DNA of 62,717 bases, filler included, from a candidate division TA06 bacterium SM23_40 (GTDB lineage: Bacteria > LJUI01 > SM1-40): NCBI GenBank assembly GCA_001303705.1. It is 6 parts of 6 records of this genome, joined end to end, with 100 filler letters (N's around TTAATTAATTAA, not from the genome) between each part and the next. Parts side by side here need not be neighbours in the genome. Positions count along the whole stretch, not along the records: positions 1 to 24,414 come from LJUI01000021.1; positions 24,515 to 32,539 come from LJUI01000123.1; 4 more parts are not named here. One strand, given 5' to 3'. Positions within the stretch are counted from its first letter, which is position 1. The number at the start of each line of letters is the position of its first letter. The position numbers were made by a program, and so were the translations under genes. The notes under the pieces were generated by a model that made no database searches, had not been told where the DNA came from, and saw nothing but the letters and a program-made list of their open reading frames with translations. Below, piece after piece: positions 19,975 to 28,938 of the stretch.

Positions 19975-21525
19975 ATGGAAGAGAAGGACGAGATCCGCTC
20001 ACACGAAGATGAGTCGACAGAGGGCACCGGGAACAGAGCTCCGGGTTCCTCCTCGGCGGGGTTCGATACGGACTGGGAGAAGCGGATGGTGCAGTGGGGG
20101 CGTGACCTTCTGCGCCGGTTCTATGGAGCGAGCAGAGTTGCCCAGATCTACGATCCGTCGAACGTAACGTTCAAAAGACATATGGACTCCTTCTACGGGG
20201 CCATTCAGGAATTCATCGCCCTCGAATCGGACGTTCAGTTCCGCGTCGCATGGCTCAGTCTCTTCCTCAATGGGGTCCGGATAAAGACGGATTTCAGCAG
20301 CTTCGCTGCGTTCAAGTTCCTGGTTGACGAGTTCTGCCGGCGCGGGATCGGTGCGATCACGTTCAAGAGCGGGTTGGATGCAGAGGAACTCACGGCGTTC
20401 CTTCGGCTCTTCAGCCTGGGAGGAAAAGAGGAGAGCGGGGCATACGCTAACTTCGTCGCAGCGCTCCAGAAGAACAACATTTCTCATGTGGTAATCTCCG
20501 AGGCAGGGGAGGGAGGGCGCAGGAAGGTAGAAGATCAGGGGGACCGCGCCGCGGCCCGATCCGCGTTTCTCTTGACCATGGGTCATCTGAAGCGTGTGGT
20601 GGCGCGGATCGAGGGTGGTGAACCGGCTAATATCCGGGGCGCACGACGGGCAGTGGAGTCGGTCGTCGAGTGCGTCGATCGGGATGAGTGCTACATGCTC
20701 GGCCTCACGGTGATCAAGAATTATGTCAACTATCGTCTCAACCACTCAGTGAATGTCTGCATCCTCTCGGTCGCCATGGGTCGGCGCCTCGGGCTCGACA
20801 GAAAGTCGCTCAGAGACCTGGGGATCGCTGCGCTGTTCCATGATATCGGGACCCTCGATGTGCCGGATGAGATATTGAGCAAGCCCGAGACCCTCACGGC
20901 CGAGGAATTCACGGCCGTCACGCGGCACACCCTCAGGGGCGCTGAGATGATAACGCGGCTGAAGGGCGTGTCCCAGGTGCCGATTGCCGCGATGGCGGTC
21001 ACGCTCCAGCATCATCTCCATCTGGATCTGTCGGGGTATCCACGTATCGAGCGAGAGTACGAGGTCTGCCCGTTCGCCAGGATCGTGGCTATCGCCGACT
21101 ACTACGACGCCATGACGAGCGAGCGGCCGTACCGCAGCCGGCCGGTCCGCCCTGACAAGACGATCGCCCACATGCTGAAAGGAGCGGGGAAACAGTTCGA
21201 TCTTCTCCTGCTCAAGGTCTTCGTTCAGATGATGGGAGCATATCCCGTGGGTAGCCTCGTCCTCCTCGATACGGGAGAACTGGCGGTGGTGGTCGCTCCC
21301 AACCCGGAGCCGGAGCTGTGGGCGCGGCCCAGGGTAAGGATCGTTCGCGACGCCGACGGCAACCTCTGTCAGAAGACGATCGACGTCAACCTCGACGAGA
21401 CCGACCCGATTGCCAGTCGTCCCCTGCGGAATATCGTCAAGGCGACCGACCCCGCTGACTATGCCATCGACCTCCCCCGCGTCATGCTCCACGGCATGAT
21501 GGTACAGGAAGTCGCCGCCCGATAG
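19975..21525 (+). CDS. HD-GYP domain phosphodiesterase
   Basis: HSVNV, LFHDIG, QHHLHLDLSGYP, IADYYDAMTSERPYR and MGAYPVGSLV motifs. Confidence 0.9.
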   Translation: MEEKDEIRSHEDESTEGTGNRAPGSSSAGFDTDWEKRMVQWGRDLLRRFYGASRVAQIYDPSNVTFKRHMDSFYGAIQEFIALESDVQFRVAWLSLFLNGVRIKTDFSSFAAFKFLVDEFCRRGIGAITFKSGLDAEELTAFLRLFSLGGKEESGAYANFVAALQKNNISHVVISEAGEGGRRKVEDQGDRAAARSAFLLTMGHLKRVVARIEGGEPANIRGARRAVESVVECVDRDECYMLGLTVIKNYVNYRLNHSVNVCILSVAMGRRLGLDRKSLRDLGIAALFHDIGTLDVPDEILSKPETLTAEEFTAVTRHTLRGAEMITRLKGVSQVPIAAMAVTLQHHLHLDLSGYPRIEREYEVCPFARIVAIADYYDAMTSERPYRSRPVRPDKTIAHMLKGAGKQFDLLLLKVFVQMMGAYPVGSLVLLDTGELAVVVAPNPEPELWARPRVRIVRDADGNLCQKTIDVNLDETDPIASRPLRNIVKATDPADYAIDLPRVMLHGMMVQEVAAR

Positions 21526-21631
21526 GGAATGCATCCCCGTGCAACTGAGTATGACCGGGCGTGCGGCGGGGCGAATATGGCGCCCGAACGGGCAACGCCG
21601 GGTGAGTCACTCTCTTCGCGCTCCTTTCCCC

Positions 21632-21661
21632 TTTACACGGTGCGGCTCAACTCTATATAAT
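21632..21661 (+). promoter_or_regulatory. Putative sigma70 promoter upstream of tRNA-Leu
   Basis: TTTACA-N18-TATAAT. Confidence 0.55.
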
Positions 21662-21667
21662 GCATGC

Positions 21668-21793
21668 TAGATCGGCATCCCGTGATGCCGATTATCATGA
21701 TGTCCGTGAGGCCGGCATTCCGTGATGCTGGCGAGATCGGCATGGTGTGGTGCCGGCGAGATCGGCACGCTGCGATGCTGAAGAGGCCGGCAT
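21668..21793 (+). repeat. Array of 25-bp hairpin-forming units
   Basis: GAG(A/G)(T/C)CGGCA..N6..TGC(C/T)G units at 21708, 21733, 21758 and 21783, plus the perfect hairpin ATCGGCAT-CCCGTG-ATGCCGAT at 21671. Confidence 0.75.
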
Positions 21794-21854
21794 CTCAGTC
21801 GGGACAATAGCCGGGACAATACCGGCATCCAGATCACAGAAAGAGTCCATATTC

Positions 21855-21942
21855 GCCGGGGTGGCGGAAATGGCAGACGCGCCAGCTTGAGGGGCTGGTG
21901 GGAGTAATTCCTGTAGGGGTTCAAATCCCCTCCCCGGCACCA
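21855..21942 (+). tRNA. tRNA-Leu (anticodon GAG)
   Basis: GCCGGGG/CCCCGGC acceptor stem, CCAGC-TTGAGGG-GCTGG anticodon arm, long variable arm, GGTTCAAATCC T-arm and encoded CCA. Confidence 0.97.
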
Positions 21943-22290
21943 TTCTTGCATGTCGCTGTCGCAGAGGGAGTTAGAGCGACAGCGCGAGTGCGAGTCATAC
22001 AGGGGCGCTGATCGAGGGCCGGGCAGGTACGGCGGCCAGGGACGTTACCCAAAGGAGCACCGGATGCGGATGGACTCCGGGACCGGGCTCCTTTAACCTT
22101 GCATCGGGCGGCCGGACAGGGGCGCTCGCTGCGAACGCCTGAACGCCGCTGAAGGCGGGGCATGAGCCAGGCGTTCCGGCTTCTGGCGTAGCCGGCTGAT
22201 GCGACACCGATGGGCCGCGGTCTCTGCGCGAGTCTGCTGCGCCCTGCTGTGTGCCCGTGCGGCACGTGCCCTGCAGCGGCCTTGGAATAC

Positions 22291-22452
22291 CGGACGTAGT
22301 GTGTACAGGCCTCCCGGTCTCTTCGATAGTGTCTGCAGGTCCATGCATGCTGGGGGTAGTGCGTGCGGGTACGCCCATGCCGAGGGTAGTGTGTATGGGC
22401 TGACCTATGCCGCGGGCAGTGTATGCTCGTTCCCGGATCCTGAGGTAGTGTG
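22291..22452. repeat. Degenerate 30-bp tandem array (5-6 units)
   Basis: A (T/C)AGTG core recurs at 30-nt spacing in units starting 22291, 22321, 22351, 22381 and 22411, with a further core near 22446. Confidence 0.65.
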
Positions 22453-22455
22453 CGG

Positions 22456-23766
22456 ATGAGAAGAAGAATCGGAATACGCCGTGAGGACAAGAATCCGTGG
22501 GAGCGCCGCGTCCCCCTCACTCCTGAGGACATTCGGGAGCTGAGCGAACGGCACCAGCTCGAATTCTGGCTGCAGCCCTCCGAGATACGTATCATCCCCG
22601 ATCAGGCGTACGTCGAGGTAGGGGCGAAGATCGAAGAAGATCTCTCTTCATGCCCGGTCGTCTTCGCGGTGAAAGAGATCCCGGTCGGTCTTTTCCGTGC
22701 GGGCTCCACCTACGTCTTCTTCGCCCACGTCATCAAGGGGCAAAAGTACAATATGGGGATGCTCAGGAAGATGATGGAGCTCGGGTGCCAGCTCATCGAG
22801 TATGAGAAGGTGGCCGACGACGGGGGGCGACGCCTCATCTTTTTCGGCAAGCACGCCGGTCTGGCGGGCATGATCGATGCGCTCTGGGCGCTCGGACAGA
22901 GGCTGAACTGGGAGGGCATCCCCACGCCGCTCGCCGACATCAAACATGCGTACCAGTACGAGAGCCTGGAGCAGGCAAAGGCGGAGATCACCCGGGTGGG
23001 CAAAAAGATCTCCTCACAGGGCCTACCAGAGTCGCTCGCGCCTCTGGTCGTCGGGATTGCGGGATACGGACACGTATCACAGGGAGCACAGGAGATACTC
23101 AGTCTCCTTCCTGCACAGGAGATCGCTCCCGAGAAGGTGGGCAAGCTTGCAAGAGCATCCTCTGCCTCGAACAGGGTCATCTACAAGACTGTCTTCCGAG
23201 AAGAGCATATGGTGGAGCCGATCGCGCCAGAGGCGATGTTCGAACTTCAAGATTACTATGACCACCCGGAGAAGTATCGGACACAGTTCCCGGCGTACGT
23301 GCCTCACCTTACCGTGCTCATGAACTGCATCTATTGGGAAGAACGGTATCCCCGGCTCGTCACCAAGCAGTTCCTGAAAGAACTGTACAGAGGCTCATCT
23401 CGCCCGCGCCTTCGGGTCATAGGAGACATAAGCTGCGACATTGAGGGCGCGATCGAGTGCACAGTCAAATGGACTAACCCGGAGAAGCCCATCTTCGTCT
23501 ACAACCCGTTCGATGGCACGACCCGCGACGGACATGAGGGGACGGGGCCGGTCGTGCTGGCAGTAGACAACCTGCCGTGTGAGATACCCCGCGAATCGTC
23601 CATCTACTTCAGTAACATATTGAAGGAATTCGTGCCGGCGATCGCGGCCGCGGACCCTTCCGTTCACTTCAGCGATTACCGGCTCCCTGCCGAGATAAAG
23701 CGCGCCGTCATCGTATACAAGGGAGAGCTGACGCCGGACTATCGGTATATCGAGCGGTACCTGTGA
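22456..23766 (+). CDS. Lysine-ketoglutarate reductase / saccharopine dehydrogenase-like protein (AlaDh/PNT fold)
   Basis: IGIRREDKNPWERRVPLTP, FAHVIKGQKYNM, FGKHAGLAGMID, GDISCDIEGAIE and AVDNLPCEIP motifs match the LKR domain of AASS-type enzymes. Confidence 0.85.
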   Translation: MRRRIGIRREDKNPWERRVPLTPEDIRELSERHQLEFWLQPSEIRIIPDQAYVEVGAKIEEDLSSCPVVFAVKEIPVGLFRAGSTYVFFAHVIKGQKYNMGMLRKMMELGCQLIEYEKVADDGGRRLIFFGKHAGLAGMIDALWALGQRLNWEGIPTPLADIKHAYQYESLEQAKAEITRVGKKISSQGLPESLAPLVVGIAGYGHVSQGAQEILSLLPAQEIAPEKVGKLARASSASNRVIYKTVFREEHMVEPIAPEAMFELQDYYDHPEKYRTQFPAYVPHLTVLMNCIYWEERYPRLVTKQFLKELYRGSSRPRLRVIGDISCDIEGAIECTVKWTNPEKPIFVYNPFDGTTRDGHEGTGPVVLAVDNLPCEIPRESSIYFSNILKEFVPAIAAADPSVHFSDYRLPAEIKRAVIVYKGELTPDYRYIERYL

Positions 23767-23780
23767 CGGGGGATCCCATA

Positions 23781-24060
23781 GATCTGTGTCGGGGGTCGCT
23801 GTAATCAGGCAGGGTGCGAACACTATGTCGGGCAGCGCCCATGGCCGGGGAACAAGCAGACCCCGTGTTGAGCGATACGTGTACTCAGGGGTCGCGCAGA
23901 CACTATGTAGAGCAGCGCCCGCGGTCAGGGATTGGGCAGACTCCGCGTTGAGCGATACGTGCTATCAGAGGTTGCGCAGACACTATGTCGAGCAGCACTC
24001 GCGATCAGGGACTGCGCGAACAGTATGCCGAGTGTAACCTGCGATCAGGGGATGCGCCGA
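23781..24060. repeat. Degenerate 40-bp tandem array with 80-bp higher-order periodicity
   Basis: CACTATGT-type units at 23821, 23901 and 23981 alternate with GTTGAGCGATACGTG-type units at 23861 and 23941. Confidence 0.85.
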
Positions 24061-24385
24061 TACCACCTGGGGCAGGACCTATAGTCGGAAATTGTATAGA
24101 TGCGATATCGGCGGTGCCTGTGATCGGGGGATTGCAAAGACCCCACATCGAGTGTTACCTCTGCGTGGGGAATGTGGAGAGGCTCAGTGAACGGAGCATG
24201 TGATTGGGGACCCCGCGATCGCCAGCTCGAGGGATACTTGTAGTTGCCGACTGCGCGAGAGAGGTCGATCCAGTCATATAGATAGATGAGACACGTCCGA
24301 CCGGGCGATCGGTTCGGTGCCGATCGCACGCCAGGGTCGACAGCGAGGAGTGTGGGGAAGTAGTCCTGATAGGAGGCAAGAACAG

Positions 24386-24414
24386 ATGCAAAACGTACTC
24401 GTTCTGGGCGCCGG
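24386..24414 (+). CDS. Start of a probable saccharopine dehydrogenase (Rossmann fold), truncated by contig end
   Basis: AGGAGG RBS followed by MQNVLVLGAG; lies downstream of the LKR-like gene. Confidence 0.55.
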
Positions 24415-24514
24415 NNNNNNNNNNNNNNNNNNNNNNNNNNNNNNNNNNNNNNNNNNNNTTAATTAATTAANNNNNNNNNNNNNNNNNNNNNNNNNNNNNN
24501 NNNNNNNNNNNNNN
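24415..24514. other. Artificial contig linker
   Basis: N44-TTAATTAATTAA-N44. Confidence 0.99.
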
Positions 24515-24533
24515 CATCTGAGCCTTTTCGCCA

Positions 24534-24602
24534 GAAACCTTCTCAACCTAACAATGTCCCCGAGGTTTTCCCGATAACCTTCAAAACCTTAGGTACGTGC
24601 CC
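24534..24602 (-). repeat. 28-bp dispersed repeat, cluster B (2 copies)
   Basis: Minus strand reads GGGCACGTACCTAAGGTTTTGAAGGTTAT then GGGGACATTGTTAGGTTGAGAAGGTTTC, beginning 6 nt after a stop codon. Confidence 0.85.
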
Positions 24603-24608
24603 GGGCTT

Positions 24609-26767
24609 CTATCGCAGGATGACCATGCGCCTCGTCTCGGTGAAGTCGCCCGCCTCGAGCCGGCAGAAGTAGATGCCGCTGCCGACACGATGGCCTCGTC
24701 CGTCACGCCCATCCCAACTCGCACGATGGTGGCCGGCGGCAAGTTCCTCGTTCACCAGCGCCCGCACAAAGGCGCCCCGGACATCGTATATCCTCAGACT
24801 CACATGGGTCGGGGCCACCAGGCCGTAATCGATCGTCGTAGCCGATCTGAACGGATTGGGGTAGTTCTGGGCGAGGTACCGAGTGAGCGGAATCTCGGGT
24901 CCCTCATCGCCATCCTCCACACCAACCACATCCGTCACCGTGATATCTGTCTGCTCGGTGTCAGCCAGGGCGGGGCTCCCGTGGTCCATCGCGATAAACG
25001 TCACGGTGTATAGCCCGGCCTGCTGGTATGTGGGAGTCCACTCGAACACACCGGTCACCGCATTCAGCGTTTCAGCGTCGCTCCCCCCGGGAGGTCAGGA
25101 GACGAGAACGAGATGCTATCGCCTTCCGGGTCGCTCACCTCCAGCGTGAATGTGAGATACTCATTCTCGGCCACCGTCGTATCCGGCTGATCCACCAAAT
25201 CAGGAGGACGATTCGTGGGATAGTGATATCCCATGTCCACGGGCAACGCATCAGCAACCCTGTCTGTCCTCGTTGTACCGCCCGCAGGCACCGCTGAACC
25301 CGGGTCGCCCGCGTCCACGCACGGGCTGTCCGTTCCCTGTCCCGCCGCGATCTGACTCAGATAGTAGTCACCGAGCGGCCCGGTCACGAAGAGCGGATTG
25401 CTGTTAATGTTCCCCACACCCCAGTACAGTGTGCATCCCGGGACCACATATACCCCGGGGGACCCACCCTGTATATCGGAGTAGTCAATGTTAATCACAC
25501 TGTCCCAGTCGAGGTACACTTCTTGACCGTTACCACTGCCCGCACTATCCCCCCAGAAGATGCAGTTCACAACCGTCGGCTCCGACCAATAGCAGTACAT
25601 CCCCCCGCCGTCGTGCGTGGCCAGATTCTCCGCGATCGTATTGCCAGCAAAGCTCGGGTCCGAGCCGAAATCGCAAAATACACCCCCGCCGTACCCCGAC
25701 TCATTCCCGCTGACTAGGTTGCCCTCAACCAGAGGAGATGACGCCCCGCAATAGATACCTCCGCCATAGTAGCCGCAGTTCCCCGCAACCGTGTTACCTC
25801 TGATTGTGGGATTCGAGAACTCGCAATAGATGCCTCCGCCAAAATCTGTGTCTATGTTCCCTATGATTGTGTTGTCCTCGATTGTCGAGGACGAGCTATA
25901 AGAGGCAATCCCGCTGCCGCACCAGTCGGCTACGTTCCCCATGATCGTATTGTACTCGATCAGCAACGATGGGGAATCCTCCTCATATATGCCGCCCCCG
26001 TAGCAATCATCGTCGAGGTTGTCCGCTACATTAAGCGTGATCACGTTGCCGCGGATGATTCCCGAAACGCCATCACAGTAGATGCCGCCGCCCAAGTAGT
26101 CCACCGTATTCTCTGTGATCGTATTCCCGACTATCACCGGAGATCCATATTCGCAGTAGATCCCGCCGCCGTAGCACTCCCACGTGGGATCATCCGCTGA
26201 ATTCGACTGAATCGTGTTGCCGAGGATCCGGGGGGAGGCGTCATAGCTATGTATCCCACCACCGTGCCACAGACTGGTGTTCCCCGCGATCGCGTTGTCG
26301 ACTATGGTGGGAGATCCATATTCAAGATAGATCCCGCCGCCACCGTCGGTGGAGTAGTTCCCTGTGATCGTGTTGCCCTCTATCGTCGGAGAAGAGCCGA
26401 AATCGCACCGGATGGCACCGCCATAGGATGCATTGCCATTCGTAATCGTGAACCCGCGGAGAACCGAACTCGAGTCCTCATCATTTTGAAAGAAGAATGC
26501 ACGATCTACCGATTCGCAATCGATGATCGTAACGGCCGGGCCGTTCTCGGATGTCACCAGGATAGCCTTCCCGAGAAAGTCGATATTCCTGTTCCCGTCG
26601 CCGGTATACGTGCCATCGGCCACGAGCACCGTATCGCCTGCGGCCGCCGAGTCGATCCCCGCCTGGATGTTGGGGCACTGGCTCGGAACATACCAGGTCG
26701 TCGCCTCAGCACCAGCAGCCCATCCGAACATCAGAGCTCCACACGCGAACACTGTCAACGTTCTCAT
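24609..26767 (-). pseudogene. Secreted parallel beta-helix + Ig + FlgD-Ig/T9SS-type CTD protein, frameshifted
   Basis: ORFs 25064-26767 and 24609-25058 join into one paralog-length protein if one copy of the 8-bp duplication TTCAGCGT (25063-25078) is removed. Confidence 0.85.
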
Positions 26768-26793
26768 CCGTTCCTCCTCTCTGCCTCTCTCCC

Positions 26794-26909
26794 GGGGACG
26801 TCCCCATCCGTAACCTTCAAGACCTTCAGTACGTCCCCACTAGTAACCTGCCAAACCTACCAACGTCCCCGGTGTTCTAGCGCACCAACGACCCCGGTGT
26901 TCTAGCGCA
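26794..26909 (-). repeat. 28-bp dispersed repeat, cluster C, with a 25-bp duplication of the gene end
   Basis: Full copies at 26810-26838 and 26843-26870, a partial GGGGTCGTTGG at 26885-26895, and the palindrome GGGGACGTCCCC at 26794. Confidence 0.88.
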
Positions 26910-28803
26910 GGATGACCATGCGTCGTGTCTCGGTGAAGTCGCCCGCCTCGAGGCGGCAGAAGTAAATACCACTTCCTACTCGACGGCCTCGATTGTCACA
27001 TCCATCCCAAGTGGCGCGATGGTGCCCAGCAGGAAGCTCGCCGCGTGCCAGACGCCGTACCAGCGCACCACGTATGTCATAGATGGCCAGCTTCACACAC
27101 GTCGGAGCCACAAGCCCATACTGAATCGTTGTCGACGAATTGAAGGGATTCGGTCGGTTCTGCGCCAGATACCGGGAGCGCGGAATCCTGAGCTCCTCAT
27201 CGCCGTCATTCACACCCACGGCATCGGTCACGGTGATATCGGTCTGTTCGGTGTCTGCCAGCGCGGGGACTCCGAAGTCGCTCGCAATGAACGTCACCGT
27301 GTACTGACCCGACTGAAGACCTGTCGGTGTCCACTCAAACACCCCGGTCGCCTCACCCAGGGTGGCGCCGGTCGGCAGATCAGGAGAGGAATACGCCACG
27401 CTGTCTCCATCAGGATCATCCGCCACTAGCGTGAACGTGAGATACTCCTCCTCGGCTACCGTCGTATCAGCCTGATCGAAGAGATCCGGCGCTTGGTTCA
27501 CATTTGTCACTGTAATGTCGGTATGCTCAGTGTCCGCCAGTGCAGGCGTCCCGTAGTCGGTCGCAACGAACGTTATAGTATGGAGACCTCCCTGCTGATA
27601 GGTAGGTGTCCACTCGAAGACGCCTGTCAGCGACTCGAGAATAGCCCCCGCGGGCAGATCAGGAGACGAGTATGATACGCTGTCACCATCCGGATCAGCG
27701 GCTACCAAGATGAATGTGAGATACTCTGCCTCGGCAACTATTGTGTCGGGCTGGTCAACCAGATCGGGGGAGCGGTTCGATATGTAATGGTACCCCATGT
27801 CGATTGGCCACTCATCTGGGTACCGGTCTGTCCGTGTCGTCCTCCCTGTCGGCACCGCCGTACTCGTGTCGCCGGCATCCACGCAGGGACTCTGTTCTGC
27901 TTGTCCCGCCGCTGTCTGACTCAGATAGAAGTCGCCCAGCGAACCGGCCACGAACAAGGGGTCTGCGTCTATGTTCCCAGGTCCACTCCATCCACCCTCC
28001 ACATCGGAATGGGATACGCTCAGATTCCCCCCTTGCACCCATATCTGCGGACCATTCGGCGCCCAATTGCTCCATAAGATGGAGTTCGTCACAGTTGGGG
28101 AACCACTACTGAAAGTCCATATTCCTCCCCCGGCCGAGCTTCCCCCATTGTCTATGAATGTCGAGCTCACGATGCTGGGAGACGACCACGACTGGCAGCC
28201 TACGCCGCCTCCAAAGATGGAGTTGTTGATCGTGAAGACATTCCCCAGGATTGTTGGCGCAGACGTATCGATGCAGGCGATCCCTCCTCCCAGATCACCG
28301 TAGTTCGTATCAAACAAGTTATCGACGATGAGGGGAGCACAAAGCGACCCGGCGCAGTAGATTCCTCCTCCCAAGCCGGGCCAGGCCAGTCCCCACCTGA
28401 TGATATTCCCATCAATTGTCGGAGAGGAGTTCAGGCAGTAGATGTTGCCCCCCCGTTCGGCGGAGCCGCGCTGAATAGTGAAGCCTCGCACTACGGAGCT
28501 AGAGGTCTCTCCGCTCTGGAAAACAAATCCGCGGTGCCCGGTGATCTCCTCACAGTTTATTATCGTAGCCTCGGGCCCGTTCTCTGAGGTGACGAGAATC
28601 GCCTTCCCGAGGAAGTCGATGTTGTAGTTGCCATCGCCGGTGAACTCGCCGTCGGCTACTAGCACCGTGTCACCCGCCACAGCCGAGTCTACCCCCGCCT
28701 GAATCGTTGCACACTGGCTCGGTACGTACCAGGTCGTCGCCCAGACGGCTGTACAGAGTGCGAGAACTGCCATCATCGTCGTCACACCAGTCCGCGTCGT
28801 CAT
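26902..28803 (-). CDS. Secreted parallel beta-helix protein with two Ig-like repeats and a FlgD-Ig/T9SS-type CTD
   Basis: AAGGAGG RBS and signal peptide; VPSQCATIQAG and GGGIYC repeats; two PDLP.GA.L...TGVFEWTPT repeats; QNRPNPFN...GIYFCRL tail. Confidence 0.85.
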   Translation of the reverse strand: MTTRTGVTTMMAVLALCTAVWATTWYVPSQCATIQAGVDSAVAGDTVLVADGEFTGDGNYNIDFLGKAILVTSENGPEATIINCEEITGHRGFVFQSGETSSSVVRGFTIQRGSAERGGNIYCLNSSPTIDGNIIRWGLAWPGLGGGIYCAGSLCAPLIVDNLFDTNYGDLGGGIACIDTSAPTILGNVFTINNSIFGGGVGCQSWSSPSIVSSTFIDNGGSSAGGGIWTFSSGSPTVTNSILWSNWAPNGPQIWVQGGNLSVSHSDVEGGWSGPGNIDADPLFVAGSLGDFYLSQTAAGQAEQSPCVDAGDTSTAVPTGRTTRTDRYPDEWPIDMGYHYISNRSPDLVDQPDTIVAEAEYLTFILVAADPDGDSVSYSSPDLPAGAILESLTGVFEWTPTYQQGGLHTITFVATDYGTPALADTEHTDITVTNVNQAPDLFDQADTTVAEEEYLTFTLVADDPDGDSVAYSSPDLPTGATLGEATGVFEWTPTGLQSGQYTVTFIASDFGVPALADTEQTDITVTDAVGVNDGDEELRIPRSRYLAQNRPNPFNSSTTIQYGLVAPTCVKLAIYDIRGALVRRLARGELPAGHHRATWDGCDNRGRRVGSGIYFCRLEAGDFTETRRMVILR

Positions 28804-28938
28804 TTCCCATCCTCCTTCTTTGATGTACACGAGTTCGTCCGCAGACTAAACCCCTTCCTCCGCTGGGCACCGTATAGCCATCTCCGACTCCGACCAGTCC
28901 TCCCCGCCGCGCCTTTCGACTGATCCACCGCTCACATG

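Noticed and set aside
21943-22290. Integrative element at tRNA-Leu
   Set aside because: No integrase and no duplicated tRNA 3' end were seen on this contig.
24415-24514. TTAATTAATTAA palindrome within N runs (five occurrences)
   Set aside because: It is an identical synthetic all-frame-stop linker, so gene adjacency across these points has no biological meaning.
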